This document shows, piece by piece, positions 18,664-28,477 of a DNA stretch of 64,000 bases. The DNA comes from a virus: positions 1 to 64,000 of IMG/VR virus record IMGVR_UViG_3300042453_002354. One strand, given 5' to 3'. The first letter of the stretch is position 1. Every line of letters starts with the position of its first letter. The notes beneath the pieces were generated by a model. It was not told where the DNA came from, did no database searches, and was given only the letters and a program-made list of their open reading frames with translations. The position numbers were made by a program, and so were the translations under genes.

Positions 18664-19236
18664 TTAGCTTCCTATAAATTGAGCATTTATGTTGTGGTAT
18701 ATATATTCAATCTTTTTATGTAAATCATCCACACTCGCATCATTATTTATAATGTGATTCCACTCGCCGAAATCAGACAAGGCCAGTTCGGACTCATTTT
18801 GTGCGCCAGGTAGAGGTGCATTATCTAGTTCTGGTCTATCTATTCTTATAGTAACTATTTTTGCATTACAATCTTCAAGTGACTTTTTGGTGTAATAATA
18901 TTCGTTTGGATATCTAAAATCTGTTATTACAACTTTATCGAGTCCTGAATTTTTGACTTCTTCGCAAACTTGTCTAACCCAAATATGCGGATCTCTATTT
19001 CTTTGCTCTCTGCCAAAATCTTGCAATATTTGTCTAGGTGTAAGATTGTATCTTGTATCAACCACGGATTTAAGTTCTGTGCTCAACTGTTCCCAAGACA
19101 TATTGTACAATTTGCCAACGTGATACCTAAGTGCATCGGCAAATGCAAATCTCTTAAATCCATGCTTCTCTATCAAGTGTAATGCAGCAGTATCTTTGCC
19201 ACGATACATTCTGTGACCAAACATAATCACCAACAT
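18664..19236 (-). CDS. deoxynucleoside monophosphate kinase (gp1-like)
   Basis: GHRMYRGKDT, AFADAL, PRQILQDFG, VITDFRYPNE, SE. Confidence 0.85.
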   Translation of the reverse strand: MLVIMFGHRMYRGKDTAALHLIEKHGFKRFAFADALRYHVGKLYNMSWEQLSTELKSVVDTRYNLTPRQILQDFGREQRNRDPHIWVRQVCEEVKNSGLDKVVITDFRYPNEYYYTKKSLEDCNAKIVTIRIDRPELDNAPLPGAQNESELALSDFGEWNHIINNDASVDDLHKKIEYIYHNINAQFIGS

Positions 19237-19267
19237 AATAAACTCCAATATAATAAATGATAGGTGA

Positions 19268-20062
19268 TTATAATACACCTAGTCGCATTTTTGCAAGTAA
19301 ATATTTCTTTACAAAACCAGATCTTACGATATCATCTATTGTAAATTTTACACAACCAAACTCTTCCATATCATGTACAATAGATATCAGTTCATGAATA
19401 CCAGTTTCCATCTTTTTATGCATTTGCAAATCATTTTGTGCGGTGTCACCACACAATATTAATCTTGTGTTTTTACCAACTCGTGTCAACAAAGAATCTA
19501 TTTCATGAAATGTACAGTTTTGCGCTTCATCTAATATTATGATTGCATCGTCTATGTTTAAACCTCTTATGTAAGAAGTTGACATAAACTCATAATATCC
19601 CTTTGTTTTCAGTATATCGTAAGTATCCGCTCTTAGTGTCATATGTTTAAAAATATCTCTATATGGCATTTCATACAGAGCCATTTTTTCTGCTAATGAA
19701 CCAGGAAGAAATCCCTGATCTCTGGTAGTAACAGCACTTCTGACGATATAAATTTTGCTCACAGTTCCAGCTTTTAATTCTTTTAGTGCAAAATAAATTG
19801 CTAAAAAAGTTTTACCAGATCCCGCCGCACCAAATAATAACAAATTTTTCTCATTTGACCAATGATCAAATGCTAATTTTTGGTTTTCTGTTATTGGCTC
19901 TATGGACTTTAAATCGTACATGCGCCTCAATAATTTTTTTTGTCGTCGTCTCTTATCTTCTATTTTAATTGATCTATCTTCAATTTCAGCATTTTCAATA
20001 TTTTCAAATTCGGATAAATCAATATCTTCTAGGTTGTAGTTTAGGTAGTTGTCGTTTTTCAT
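19268..20062 (-). CDS. phoH: PhoH family ATPase
   Basis: GAAGSGKT, GFLPG, YIRG, DEAQN, TRVG, CGD..QND, DIVRSG. Confidence 0.95.
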   Translation of the reverse strand: MKNDNYLNYNLEDIDLSEFENIENAEIEDRSIKIEDKRRRQKKLLRRMYDLKSIEPITENQKLAFDHWSNEKNLLLFGAAGSGKTFLAIYFALKELKAGTVSKIYIVRSAVTTRDQGFLPGSLAEKMALYEMPYRDIFKHMTLRADTYDILKTKGYYEFMSTSYIRGLNIDDAIIILDEAQNCTFHEIDSLLTRVGKNTRLILCGDTAQNDLQMHKKMETGIHELISIVHDMEEFGCVKFTIDDIVRSGFVKKYLLAKMRLGVL

Positions 20063-20317
20063 TTATACTTGAATGTTTGCCTTTGGACCTAGCCTCTTCT
20101 TCATTTCCTGCATTCTTTCAGTAAATGCTCCATGAGGCTTTTTTACACCGATACGAATTGGATCTGCTATTAGTGGCGAACCCACGATAAGCAGTATTGA
20201 TTGTTCTGTGTTGCATTGAGGACAAGGAGACAAAGTAGGTAAATTGCGGTCATCGATTTTTAAAACCTCCTCGAAAGTGTGTAGACATTGCTGACATTGA
20301 TAATCGTATGTTGGCAT
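20063..20317 (-). CDS. FmdB-family zinc-ribbon protein
   Basis: MPTYDYQCQQCLHTFEE...PCPQC. Confidence 0.85.
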   Translation of the reverse strand: MPTYDYQCQQCLHTFEEVLKIDDRNLPTLSPCPQCNTEQSILLIVGSPLIADPIRIGVKKPHGAFTERMQEMKKRLGPKANIQV

Positions 20318-20422
20318 ACAATCTATCTCCATTTATTTATTAAAATTCGAGACTTTCATTTCAACTTTTTTTCTTAATAATATTAAATACTATTTTTGTA
20401 AACTTAATTTAACTATAACACA

Positions 20423-21088
20423 CTATTGATTTCTAATCAAGTGTAGTTGTTGTTTATATAAATTTATTTGTTCTTGTGATGGCGTATAATACTTAGGTTC
20501 GCAAAGATTCCATACCAAACCACCGTGATTATGCTTTAACAATTCCGGATCAAGTTTATGTTGAAAATAGTGTTGCAATTCGTGTCTATAGACCATTGCT
20601 ATATCATAGTTTTCAACAAGAAATATGGTTTCTGTTTCTGGTTCATATAATCCCACAACAGACAAGAATCCTATATTTCCGATTCTTATTGGACTAAAAT
20701 TCATGTAGTTTTGTTCACTGAAAAATACATTAGGTGAACCATGTGGAAGAACAAAGCATCTAGGTGGCGTTGTCACACTATCTGGTAGTGTTTTATTGTA
20801 TTCTGATACAAATGCTAAATTAGAACAAGATTTAGCTTTATTGAATTGCTGTACTTCATCTATATACTCAGCACAAGGTCTAACTTCTGACCATTTTGTT
20901 TTATTGAATATTTCATGTATAACCGGATTTCTTTTTATGACATCCGTTGCAATTCCAGAATTCGGTAAAGGTTCGCTTAAATCAACCAATAATGAAAAGC
21001 AGTAAAACGTAAAATGAAAGGTCAGTAAAAACAAAGACAAATGAAAAACAAATTTAGAAACCGACCTTAAACTATTTTTCTTCGACAT
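20423..21088 (-). CDS. membrane-anchored putative zinc metallopeptidase
   Basis: N-terminal TM; HELQH (HEXXH) with downstream His. Confidence 0.55.
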   Translation of the reverse strand: MSKKNSLRSVSKFVFHLSLFLLTFHFTFYCFSLLVDLSEPLPNSGIATDVIKRNPVIHEIFNKTKWSEVRPCAEYIDEVQQFNKAKSCSNLAFVSEYNKTLPDSVTTPPRCFVLPHGSPNVFFSEQNYMNFSPIRIGNIGFLSVVGLYEPETETIFLVENYDIAMVYRHELQHYFQHKLDPELLKHNHGGLVWNLCEPKYYTPSQEQINLYKQQLHLIRNQ

Positions 21089-21094
21089 AAAATC

Positions 21095-21523
21095 CTAAAA
21101 AAAGGTATCAGGAAAAACTGATTGTAATTCCTTTTTCGTTAACCCCAAGTCAAGATTTTTGTCTTTTACACTGATCAATATTGTTGCATCTCTAGTATTC
21201 AATTTTCCCAAAATTTTTAAAAAATTCATTTCTCTTTGAACTTTGGTCATATGAGTATTAGCAGACAGAAAATTCTTGTACTCTTTATATATAGTCGAAA
21301 GATTGGCAGGTGCTTCTTCGTGTGGCCAAGATTTTATAGAACCTTCTGGCACACCTACAGCTAGATCGTGCTTAACGATTGGATTGCCATCAAATTGAAG
21401 TCTAAGCAACGTTCTTAGTGCAAGCGTGTCGTGTTCTTTGAGTAATTTCTTTTTGTCTGCCTTTTTGGTTTCTGTCTTTACCGCATCTATCACATCACCC
21501 ACAGTTCTTATTTTAGAAGTCAT
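21095..21523 (-). CDS. conserved T4-like protein (DUF6433-like)
   Basis: KKKLLKEH...LRTLL..QFD, REMNF..IL..L...DA.ILISVKDK; follows rnh. Confidence 0.65.
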   Translation of the reverse strand: MTSKIRTVGDVIDAVKTETKKADKKKLLKEHDTLALRTLLRLQFDGNPIVKHDLAVGVPEGSIKSWPHEEAPANLSTIYKEYKNFLSANTHMTKVQREMNFLKILGKLNTRDATILISVKDKNLDLGLTKKELQSVFPDTFF

Positions 21524-22361
21524 TGATATCCTCCAATAACAAATTTAATTGATTCTCGACAAAATATGGAAATAATTTATTCCTACTAGGTATTATGTAT
21601 GACGAATAATTTTGTCTAACTTTATCCTTTATGTCTTCTGGTATTTTTGTAAGATCAATTATTTGTTCATTTCTTTTAAAGTTTCTAAACATTATATCAT
21701 CACAAAATGTTTTAGGATCAGACTTGAGCCAAGTTGCAAGTTTTTCTTTGCGAATTGGTTTCTGATTTTTATCTGAAACAAATGTGTCGTCGGCTGATAA
21801 GAAGTTTGGTACACCATCACCCCTATCACCCTGTAGTATGTGTTCCTTTAAAAATTCCAAAGGATTTGGATGATTCAAGAACCTATTCATAAATGGTGAA
21901 TATTGTCTGATGTTATCAAACCTCTGCAATTGCACAAAATCTTTATCAGCGGAAACTATCATCACACTTTCACCAGAACGAGATTTATCTATTGATAGTG
22001 TGGCGATAATATCATCAGCTTCGGCCTTTTCGACACGTATTACTTTGTACGGAAAGGTTTCCGAGACTTCGTTTCTTATCTTGTTTAGACAATTAAAAAT
22101 TAAATTCCAATCAAATTCGGAATCGTCTCTCCACTTCTTTCTTTGTGCTTTGTAGTATGGAAAAAAATCTTTGCGCCAATAATTTTTATCATCGGCAGCT
22201 AAAACAATTTCTCTGTATTCTGGAAACTTTTTCTTTAGATGTAGTATGTTTGATAGTACTATGTGTCTTACTAAATTCTCATTTATTTCTTTTGTCTTGT
22301 CACTCTTTAATTGTGCCATCAACGATGAGATGATGATCTGATTAAAATCTATAATTAGCAT
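21513..22361 (-). CDS. rnh: T4-type RNase H (5'-3' exonuclease)
   Basis: IIDFNQ, YWRKDFFPYYKA.R, EADDII, SADKDFVQL, GDRGDGVPN. Confidence 0.95.
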   Translation of the reverse strand: MLIIDFNQIIISSLMAQLKSDKTKEINENLVRHIVLSNILHLKKKFPEYREIVLAADDKNYWRKDFFPYYKAQRKKWRDDSEFDWNLIFNCLNKIRNEVSETFPYKVIRVEKAEADDIIATLSIDKSRSGESVMIVSADKDFVQLQRFDNIRQYSPFMNRFLNHPNPLEFLKEHILQGDRGDGVPNFLSADDTFVSDKNQKPIRKEKLATWLKSDPKTFCDDIMFRNFKRNEQIIDLTKIPEDIKDKVRQNYSSYIIPSRNKLFPYFVENQLNLLLEDINDF

Positions 22362-22386
22362 TTTTATCTCCGAATTATGGAGATTC

Positions 22387-22656
22387 CTATTTTTCTAATG
22401 TTTTGTGCCAATCCTCGAATGTATCTTCGGCGCAACGAATGGCAAATGCTTCTACATTGTTGTTCCACTCATCCGTTACACGAAAAATACAATATCTCCA
22501 AGCCGATACCCAAATGTGCATTCTCTCTTTCTTTAGCTTGGATTTAACCTTTGATTCGATATGATTGACGTGAATTAAGTCTTGCACTACAAAACCTAAT
22601 ATTAAGCCTACTACGAATGCAACGGTTATCGATATTGTCCAAAAATTTAAATCCAT
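22387..22656 (-). CDS. hypothetical membrane protein
   Basis: N-terminal TM helix. Confidence 0.6.
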   Translation of the reverse strand: MDLNFWTISITVAFVVGLILGFVVQDLIHVNHIESKVKSKLKKERMHIWVSAWRYCIFRVTDEWNNNVEAFAIRCAEDTFEDWHKTLEK

Positions 22657-22685
22657 AGGAAAACTCTATTTAATACTATTATATA

Positions 22686-23945
22686 TTAACACGACTCTAA
22701 AGCATAATCAAACTTTTTTGCAAAATTTTCATACAATTCTATTAAACTATTAATATGACTAGAACTTTCTTTGGATTTTAATTCCAACGCTTTTTTATAT
22801 TGTTCTTGCAAAGTCCAATGTGTGATGTTTACATCATTCTTATCTATGACAAATTGTTTATTGAAGTATCTGTTTGAAACATATTTGCTTAATATGGATT
22901 CATTACCACGCCTCATCATAGAACGCATATAAAGTTTTTTGGCATAATCACTTGCCATTTCTAAACCTTGAAGTTTATTTTCGTGTATCGCCTTTCTAAC
23001 AATTTCTATTTCAGAATATGGCATCAAATAAATGTGATTTTCTACATCACACACTTGTCTATCAAAAAATGTTTCAACATTATAATAAGATTGCTCTTCA
23101 CTATGAACGAAATTTATGGCTGCAACAATTTCATTATTATTTGTATATCTACGTAATGGAATAAAAGATGACAAATCTTTTTTAAACCAATGTACGGCAC
23201 TTCTGCCCAAAGATTTGTAATCGACAGAAAGATCCAACCACAAAGAATAACTTCTATTTTCAGATATCTTTACAACTGGTGTTTCTATCAATTTACCATC
23301 CTTAAACGTGGCAATATATGTTGCAGGTAATTCTTCTTTAGAAAACTTGACATTTTCATACGTATTAAAATTTACAGTAAGTTTCGCATCTTCCTCGAAG
23401 AAGTTTAATAAATTTATTGTGTGTTCTACATCGGAAAGTGAGTTGTGAAAAGATTGATCATCACAATTTAACCATTCTTTCACTAAAGTAGACAATTTAA
23501 AATTTGAAGGTATTCTATCTGGACGCAAAACACAGTACTTTTTTGCTAAGTGTATTGTATCGGCAAATGCTAAGTTTCGTCCAAAATAAGGATTGAATCC
23601 GTTTCTTATTAATGACGTTCTGAGAAAATGCAAATCAAACTTTGCAATATTGTGTCCAACCATAACTACTTGTTTTTGACTATTTTCTATTATATTAATC
23701 AAAAACGAATGTATTTTAGACATAGCTTGAAATTCATCGTCAAGTTTTCCCTGAAGATGATCTGATATATTAATCTTTGTTGTGTTTATGGCATCTACTG
23801 ATGGTAATTGTCCAGGACTCAATTCGATATCACCAAGCAATTCTTCTCGTCTTCCATCATCGTGTAGACAAACAAATGCGTAATTTAAAATTTGACCGCA
23901 AGGAAATAAATCAGTAGTTTCTAAATCAAAAACAATTTTGGTCAT
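22686..23945 (-). CDS. DEDDh 3'-5' exonuclease, exonuclease I (SbcB)-like
   Basis: FDLETT, GHNIAKFD..FLR, FKLSTL, HNSLSDV. Confidence 0.75.
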   Translation of the reverse strand: MTKIVFDLETTDLFPCGQILNYAFVCLHDDGRREELLGDIELSPGQLPSVDAINTTKINISDHLQGKLDDEFQAMSKIHSFLINIIENSQKQVVMVGHNIAKFDLHFLRTSLIRNGFNPYFGRNLAFADTIHLAKKYCVLRPDRIPSNFKLSTLVKEWLNCDDQSFHNSLSDVEHTINLLNFFEEDAKLTVNFNTYENVKFSKEELPATYIATFKDGKLIETPVVKISENRSYSLWLDLSVDYKSLGRSAVHWFKKDLSSFIPLRRYTNNNEIVAAINFVHSEEQSYYNVETFFDRQVCDVENHIYLMPYSEIEIVRKAIHENKLQGLEMASDYAKKLYMRSMMRRGNESILSKYVSNRYFNKQFVIDKNDVNITHWTLQEQYKKALELKSKESSSHINSLIELYENFAKKFDYALESC

Positions 23946-23950
23946 ATAAT

Positions 23951-24325
23951 TTACTCAATTGGTTCTATTGGTGTAGTAGGAGTAAGTCCAAAATACGCAT
24001 TTAAATAATCTGCCAGTGCAGTCTTTACTGCTATATTACTTGGATCATTAATTGCATTAGAAATACCCGTAGCAAAACTATTTTTAAATTCGCTATTACC
24101 GCCTCCCGAAAAAATAGAAGAAAATGAAGAACCACTCAACAACATTGAAACAAAGTTACCAACATTATCTGTCAATAACTTTGCAACATATTGCTCAACG
24201 ATTTCTTGAAATAAATTTATTTGTGCAAGTTCTTGTGCAATTTTTTGATAATTTTCTTGATTGCTTAGTTTGCTATCTACGGAAGGAGAATCTACATCCA
24301 ATCCATATTTTGATGCTTTTGTCAT
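23951..24325 (-). CDS. hypothetical protein
   Basis: ORF with AGGA SD. Confidence 0.65.
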   Translation of the reverse strand: MTKASKYGLDVDSPSVDSKLSNQENYQKIAQELAQINLFQEIVEQYVAKLLTDNVGNFVSMLLSGSSFSSIFSGGGNSEFKNSFATGISNAINDPSNIAVKTALADYLNAYFGLTPTTPIEPIE

Positions 24326-24334
24326 TTGACATTC

Positions 24335-24889
24335 CTAATTAAAAAGTCCATATTTGCAAATAAAGTATGAATCCACAACATCCGAACACGGACTCTTATC
24401 CGAAGTTTTACAACTCAAAATATCGCACAAATTGAGATTTGTGTCAAGAACAAAATGTTCATACATTAGTGCTTTATTGGCATTACCTTTACCCGTTGCA
24501 AATTTTTTGATTACCGTTGGTGGCAATATATTGCAAGAATATCCAGCAGAAAACAGTCTCCATTTTAGTATTCCGCCATTTTCGCCTATATTGTAAACTT
24601 GACCGGTGGAGCCAAAAGAATATCCTTCCAAATTGATTGACTGTGGTGAATACTTTTCGACTATTGAGAGAATATAGTCAGATATGTTGCCATATCGCTC
24701 CATATCTAAATGCCAGTCAGCATAGTATGCACCTTGAAACATCTTATGTTCAAACAGTGATTTTTTATGTGATGTGTAGTAATGAAATATGCAGTTTTTC
24801 CAATTCCACTTTTTGCCTATGTGTACAGTTATAGCGGGACACGTAATAGATAAATCTATGCCAATCGTTACATACTTATTCTTCTTCAT
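24335..24889 (-). CDS. RuvC-like Holliday junction resolvase
   Basis: IGIDLS, LEGYS, IGENGGILK, PTVIKKFATGKGNANK, DVVDSY. Confidence 0.8.
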   Translation of the reverse strand: MKKNKYVTIGIDLSITCPAITVHIGKKWNWKNCIFHYYTSHKKSLFEHKMFQGAYYADWHLDMERYGNISDYILSIVEKYSPQSINLEGYSFGSTGQVYNIGENGGILKWRLFSAGYSCNILPPTVIKKFATGKGNANKALMYEHFVLDTNLNLCDILSCKTSDKSPCSDVVDSYFICKYGLFN

Positions 24890-25304
24890 TCAAAGGTTCT
24901 TTCACCAAGTTTTCGCAAATCTTACAGAGATTCGATTTATTATATTTAAAAACATTATTTGGATATTTTTGTGTTTTACACTTATCACAACAAGTAGAGG
25001 ACAAACTTGCTCTCCAGTTTGCCATATAGTTTATCCTCCTCTTATCGTCAATGCTCGCCTTGTTCCAGTGTTGAACCTCATATGCAGTTCTATGACAAAA
25101 TTCACATACTGAATTCAGTAAAATTTCTTCATCAGTCATAGATTGAAAACTCATCGTTTTTCTCCAAGAAGCTCTTTCATTTATTTTCAACTTTTCTTCG
25201 TCGGTTGAATGTGACCAAGATGTTATTTCATTTATTGTTCTATAACAACCCAAACAAATTCCACGCTTTAAGTTACAAGATTTTGTACAAGGCGAACATA
25301 TCAT
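24876..25304 (-). CDS. tandem DUF1289-like Cys-rich protein
   Basis: SPCTKSC...CLGCYRTINEI..W, a second CEFCHRT..EV..W unit, and C-terminal CxxC pairs. Confidence 0.7.
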   Translation of the reverse strand: MICSPCTKSCNLKRGICLGCYRTINEITSWSHSTDEEKLKINERASWRKTMSFQSMTDEEILLNSVCEFCHRTAYEVQHWNKASIDDKRRINYMANWRASLSSTCCDKCKTQKYPNNVFKYNKSNLCKICENLVKEPLNEEE

Positions 25305-25312
25305 ATCACTTC

Positions 25313-27229
25313 CTATGAAATTTCACAATTATTTCCCACGCAAGCAAATTCCTGTGAAGAGGTTGTCGTATCAATTTTTTCGTACTCAGAAAGTTTACTA
25401 CTCCAATTTACATTTTTAGGCATCTTCTTAGACAATTCCTCATATTCTTCTGCTGTGCATTCCTGAAAAGGTGCTTGCTTATACACGTGATCACTATAAG
25501 GTAAAAACGAAATTCCGCATATCTGACTAAAGTTTTTATAAACCCAAGATGATACCTCAATCCATTCATTTTCCTTTACCGATATAGTAACCGATGGATT
25601 ATGTTCGCACCAGTTTTCATAATATGTTTGCCATAGACTAAGATGATCTATAGCATTTAAATCTTCCTTTGTCAAACATTTCTCTGGAGATTTAATTGGA
25701 AAGGAAAATACAGTAACGTGATCTGGTCTCATCACACACGCTTCGTGTGGAAATCCCATATCCTTCATCATTTGACACAATGGATCTTTATTGTCGGCCC
25801 TAACCGTTCTGATATAATATTCAGAGTGTCTTGGGTGTATACCAGATGCACTATTAACCAGAGCGGAAACTGTGCCAGATGGTTTAATACAAGTTGTGGC
25901 AACAGATGCATTAATGCCAAGTTTTTCTGCCAAATTATGATTAATCTCTATGCAATAATTTCTCATATCCTTCAAGAAGTCTTTTAGATCTTCCGTGGCG
26001 TGTGCAGTAAAGTTATTGTCTAATATACCAGTCAACGAAACGCCAAGTAGTCTTTCCTCTTCACAATTCAATTTCCACTTTTTGGAAATATATTTGAAGT
26101 CGGTTAGCGTTGATTGAATAGTTCCTAGTATTGTTGCTATTTTTACTTTTCTTTGTAAGTCTTCTTTACTGTCTGTAGATCTAATAACAACTTCAGACAA
26201 ATTGCAAAATTGATTAGATCTCAACAATATTTCACCACAAGGATTTGTTCCAAAATTATGATTAGATTCTCTTCGTCCAAACTTGTCTGCTTGTTTTTGT
26301 GCGGACATTCTATTAAATATTCCACGTTCTCCGGACTTACTATCGTACAAAGATTTCCATTCATCCATAAAAATACCTACATCTGGCATTTCGGTATATG
26401 CGGCCGAATTATTCGCAAGTGCTCTCTGAGGATTTTCTATCCACCATTGTCCGTTCTTGGCGTGTCTCATCCTGTCATCAGATAGATTAGACAGTGATAT
26501 TAGGGCAGATCTTCTAACACCACCTACAACGACAATTTCGGCAATCTTACAAACGATATCGTGACATTCTATGGATTGAAGTTTGCGACCTCTCGCTTGC
26601 TTGAATATTCTAATTAAAAATTTAAACAATTCAACTAATGGTTCTGGACCAGATGCTCTACCACCAAAGGTTTTTAATGGTGCTCCCGCAGGTCTTACCT
26701 TAGAAACATCCCATCTCGCAATTTGTCCTGTGTAAAGCATTGCAATTAATTCTTTCAATGCTTTCGCCCATCCAATCTTACTATCAGCTACAACTATCGT
26801 AGTATCGGTTTCGTATAACTCTTCTGGAACTTCTGGCAGTTTACTCACAAATTGTCTTTCAACGGAAAAACCTACGCCAGTTCCATTCATTAGAACATAT
26901 AGAATTTCATCAAATGCTCTAGGTGTATCGATTGCAATAAAGGAGCAATTGTATCCGGCAACATGACATCTCTCCAATGCAGGCCCTGCTGTCATCAAAG
27001 CTCTCATCGAGGGCATTACTTCCAAATTTAATACTGCTTCTTCTAGTTCTTTCCTTTCTTCAAATGAGAATGAAAATGCAAAATTTTCTTTTAGATGTTT
27101 ATCGAAGAAGTCAAAGTATCTCTTGACCGTTTCTTCCCATGTTTCCCTTCGATTCTTATCTGGCAACCACCTTGAATATCGACTCAAATGAATGTAAGTC
27201 TGGTAGTCCGTAGGAAGAGACTTCGACAT
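25313..27229 (-). CDS. nrdJ: class II (adenosylcobalamin-dependent) ribonucleotide reductase
   Basis: PSMRALM, YNCS, GTGVGFSVE, GGVRRSA, GTNPCGEI, IKPSGT, C-terminal FAC...CEI; start MSKS at 27229. Confidence 0.92.
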   Translation of the reverse strand: MSKSLPTDYQTYIHLSRYSRWLPDKNRRETWEETVKRYFDFFDKHLKENFAFSFSFEERKELEEAVLNLEVMPSMRALMTAGPALERCHVAGYNCSFIAIDTPRAFDEILYVLMNGTGVGFSVERQFVSKLPEVPEELYETDTTIVVADSKIGWAKALKELIAMLYTGQIARWDVSKVRPAGAPLKTFGGRASGPEPLVELFKFLIRIFKQARGRKLQSIECHDIVCKIAEIVVVGGVRRSALISLSNLSDDRMRHAKNGQWWIENPQRALANNSAAYTEMPDVGIFMDEWKSLYDSKSGERGIFNRMSAQKQADKFGRRESNHNFGTNPCGEILLRSNQFCNLSEVVIRSTDSKEDLQRKVKIATILGTIQSTLTDFKYISKKWKLNCEEERLLGVSLTGILDNNFTAHATEDLKDFLKDMRNYCIEINHNLAEKLGINASVATTCIKPSGTVSALVNSASGIHPRHSEYYIRTVRADNKDPLCQMMKDMGFPHEACVMRPDHVTVFSFPIKSPEKCLTKEDLNAIDHLSLWQTYYENWCEHNPSVTISVKENEWIEVSSWVYKNFSQICGISFLPYSDHVYKQAPFQECTAEEYEELSKKMPKNVNWSSKLSEYEKIDTTTSSQEFACVGNNCEIS

Positions 27230-27262
27230 AATAACCCCCAAGTATAAAAAAAAAGAATTGTA

Positions 27263-27532
27263 TTATTTTTCCATCTTTGCAAGACGATCATAATAATCAG
27301 GAAGTTCTTTGAGATGTGCTAATGCAACTTTTGCAATCTTATGAAAATCGTGTGAACCTGGAATAACATCGGTTTCGGAACTATCGTCGTGTTCTTGTTC
27401 GACTTCCATTCCCTTTCTTAATTGCTCTAAATCTATATCATTCCAATTGACGTTTAGCTCGTCGCCAACTTTCTTTGCGAATTCTTTACTAATAGATTTC
27501 TTTTCTGTGATGAATGAGGAAAATGATTTCAT
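27263..27532 (-). CDS. conserved phage protein (DUF5661-like), putative internal head protein
   Basis: GMEVEQEH, KVALAHLKELPDYYDRL; N-terminus MKSFSSFITE. Confidence 0.7.
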   Translation of the reverse strand: MKSFSSFITEKKSISKEFAKKVGDELNVNWNDIDLEQLRKGMEVEQEHDDSSETDVIPGSHDFHKIAKVALAHLKELPDYYDRLAKMEK

Positions 27533-27560
27533 AATTAACACACTAAAAAACAATGTGATG

Positions 27561-27568
27561 TATTTATA
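27561..27568 (-). promoter_or_regulatory. T4-type late promoter
   Basis: Exact TATAAATA ~30 nt upstream of the 27532 start. Confidence 0.75.
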
Positions 27569-27571
27569 GAA

Positions 27572-28471
27572 CTAACCTAAAACTAATTTATTAATTTTTG
27601 AAATAAATTCAGAAAATTCTCTTTTATTTTCAAATAATGATTTAGTCAAAGTTTCTATTTTTTCCGAAGAGAGAGTATCATGTTTCAGTACATCACGCAA
27701 TACAATTTTTAGTGCTTCTATATCTTTTTTATGTAATTGCATAGAGTGTAAAGTATATTCATCAAATGATTCTACAGTAACAGGAACTATAGGTTTAATT
27801 AATTCTAGTAATGCTTCAGCATAAACTCTTATTTCATATTGTGCATGATCGTCTAATCTTAGTCTCAAGAAATGCAAAAGATTATGTAAATCTACGGATG
27901 CGTACATTTCGGTATATTGAGACAATGGCAGATTAATTCTAGCCAGTTCTCTTCTCATTCCAGTACCGAGTAGTTTTTCATACTGATTGCGAATAGTTTT
28001 TTGTTCATTCTCAAACACTTCTTTCCAAGACCAAGAATCTGCCATTTCTTCTGGAGTAAAACAATCCCACCAATCATTAGGATTCTTAATGTTCAAAGTA
28101 GTTATCTGATCATTCGTACCACCTTGTTTATTGTTTGGATTTTGAAAGGTACAATGCTCTTCTTGCGGTACATAAAATTCGTCTGGCATCTCAGAGTATC
28201 TACCAGATATCTGATTAAAGGACCAAGTTCTGTGACGAACCCACTGATTAGAGACAAAAATTGGCAATTTTACGTGGAAGGTGAATGTTACCATTTCAAA
28301 TGGACTTGTGTGCTTGTTCCTCCACAGATATCGAATTAAGTTTTTATCATCTTGTACGCTCTTTGTACCCTTAGCATATGAAACTCTAGCAGATCTTGCG
28401 ATAGTATTATCATCGCCCATATGATCGACTAATCTGACAAATCCTTTATCAAGCACTTTGATTTCTGTCAT
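27572..28471 (-). CDS. thyX: flavin-dependent thymidylate synthase
   Basis: ARVSY, HTSPFE, RHRTWSFNQISGRY, ELARINLP, HAQYEIR. Confidence 0.97.
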   Translation of the reverse strand: MTEIKVLDKGFVRLVDHMGDDNTIARSARVSYAKGTKSVQDDKNLIRYLWRNKHTSPFEMVTFTFHVKLPIFVSNQWVRHRTWSFNQISGRYSEMPDEFYVPQEEHCTFQNPNNKQGGTNDQITTLNIKNPNDWWDCFTPEEMADSWSWKEVFENEQKTIRNQYEKLLGTGMRRELARINLPLSQYTEMYASVDLHNLLHFLRLRLDDHAQYEIRVYAEALLELIKPIVPVTVESFDEYTLHSMQLHKKDIEALKIVLRDVLKHDTLSSEKIETLTKSLFENKREFSEFISKINKLVLG

Positions 28472-28477
28472 ATTACC

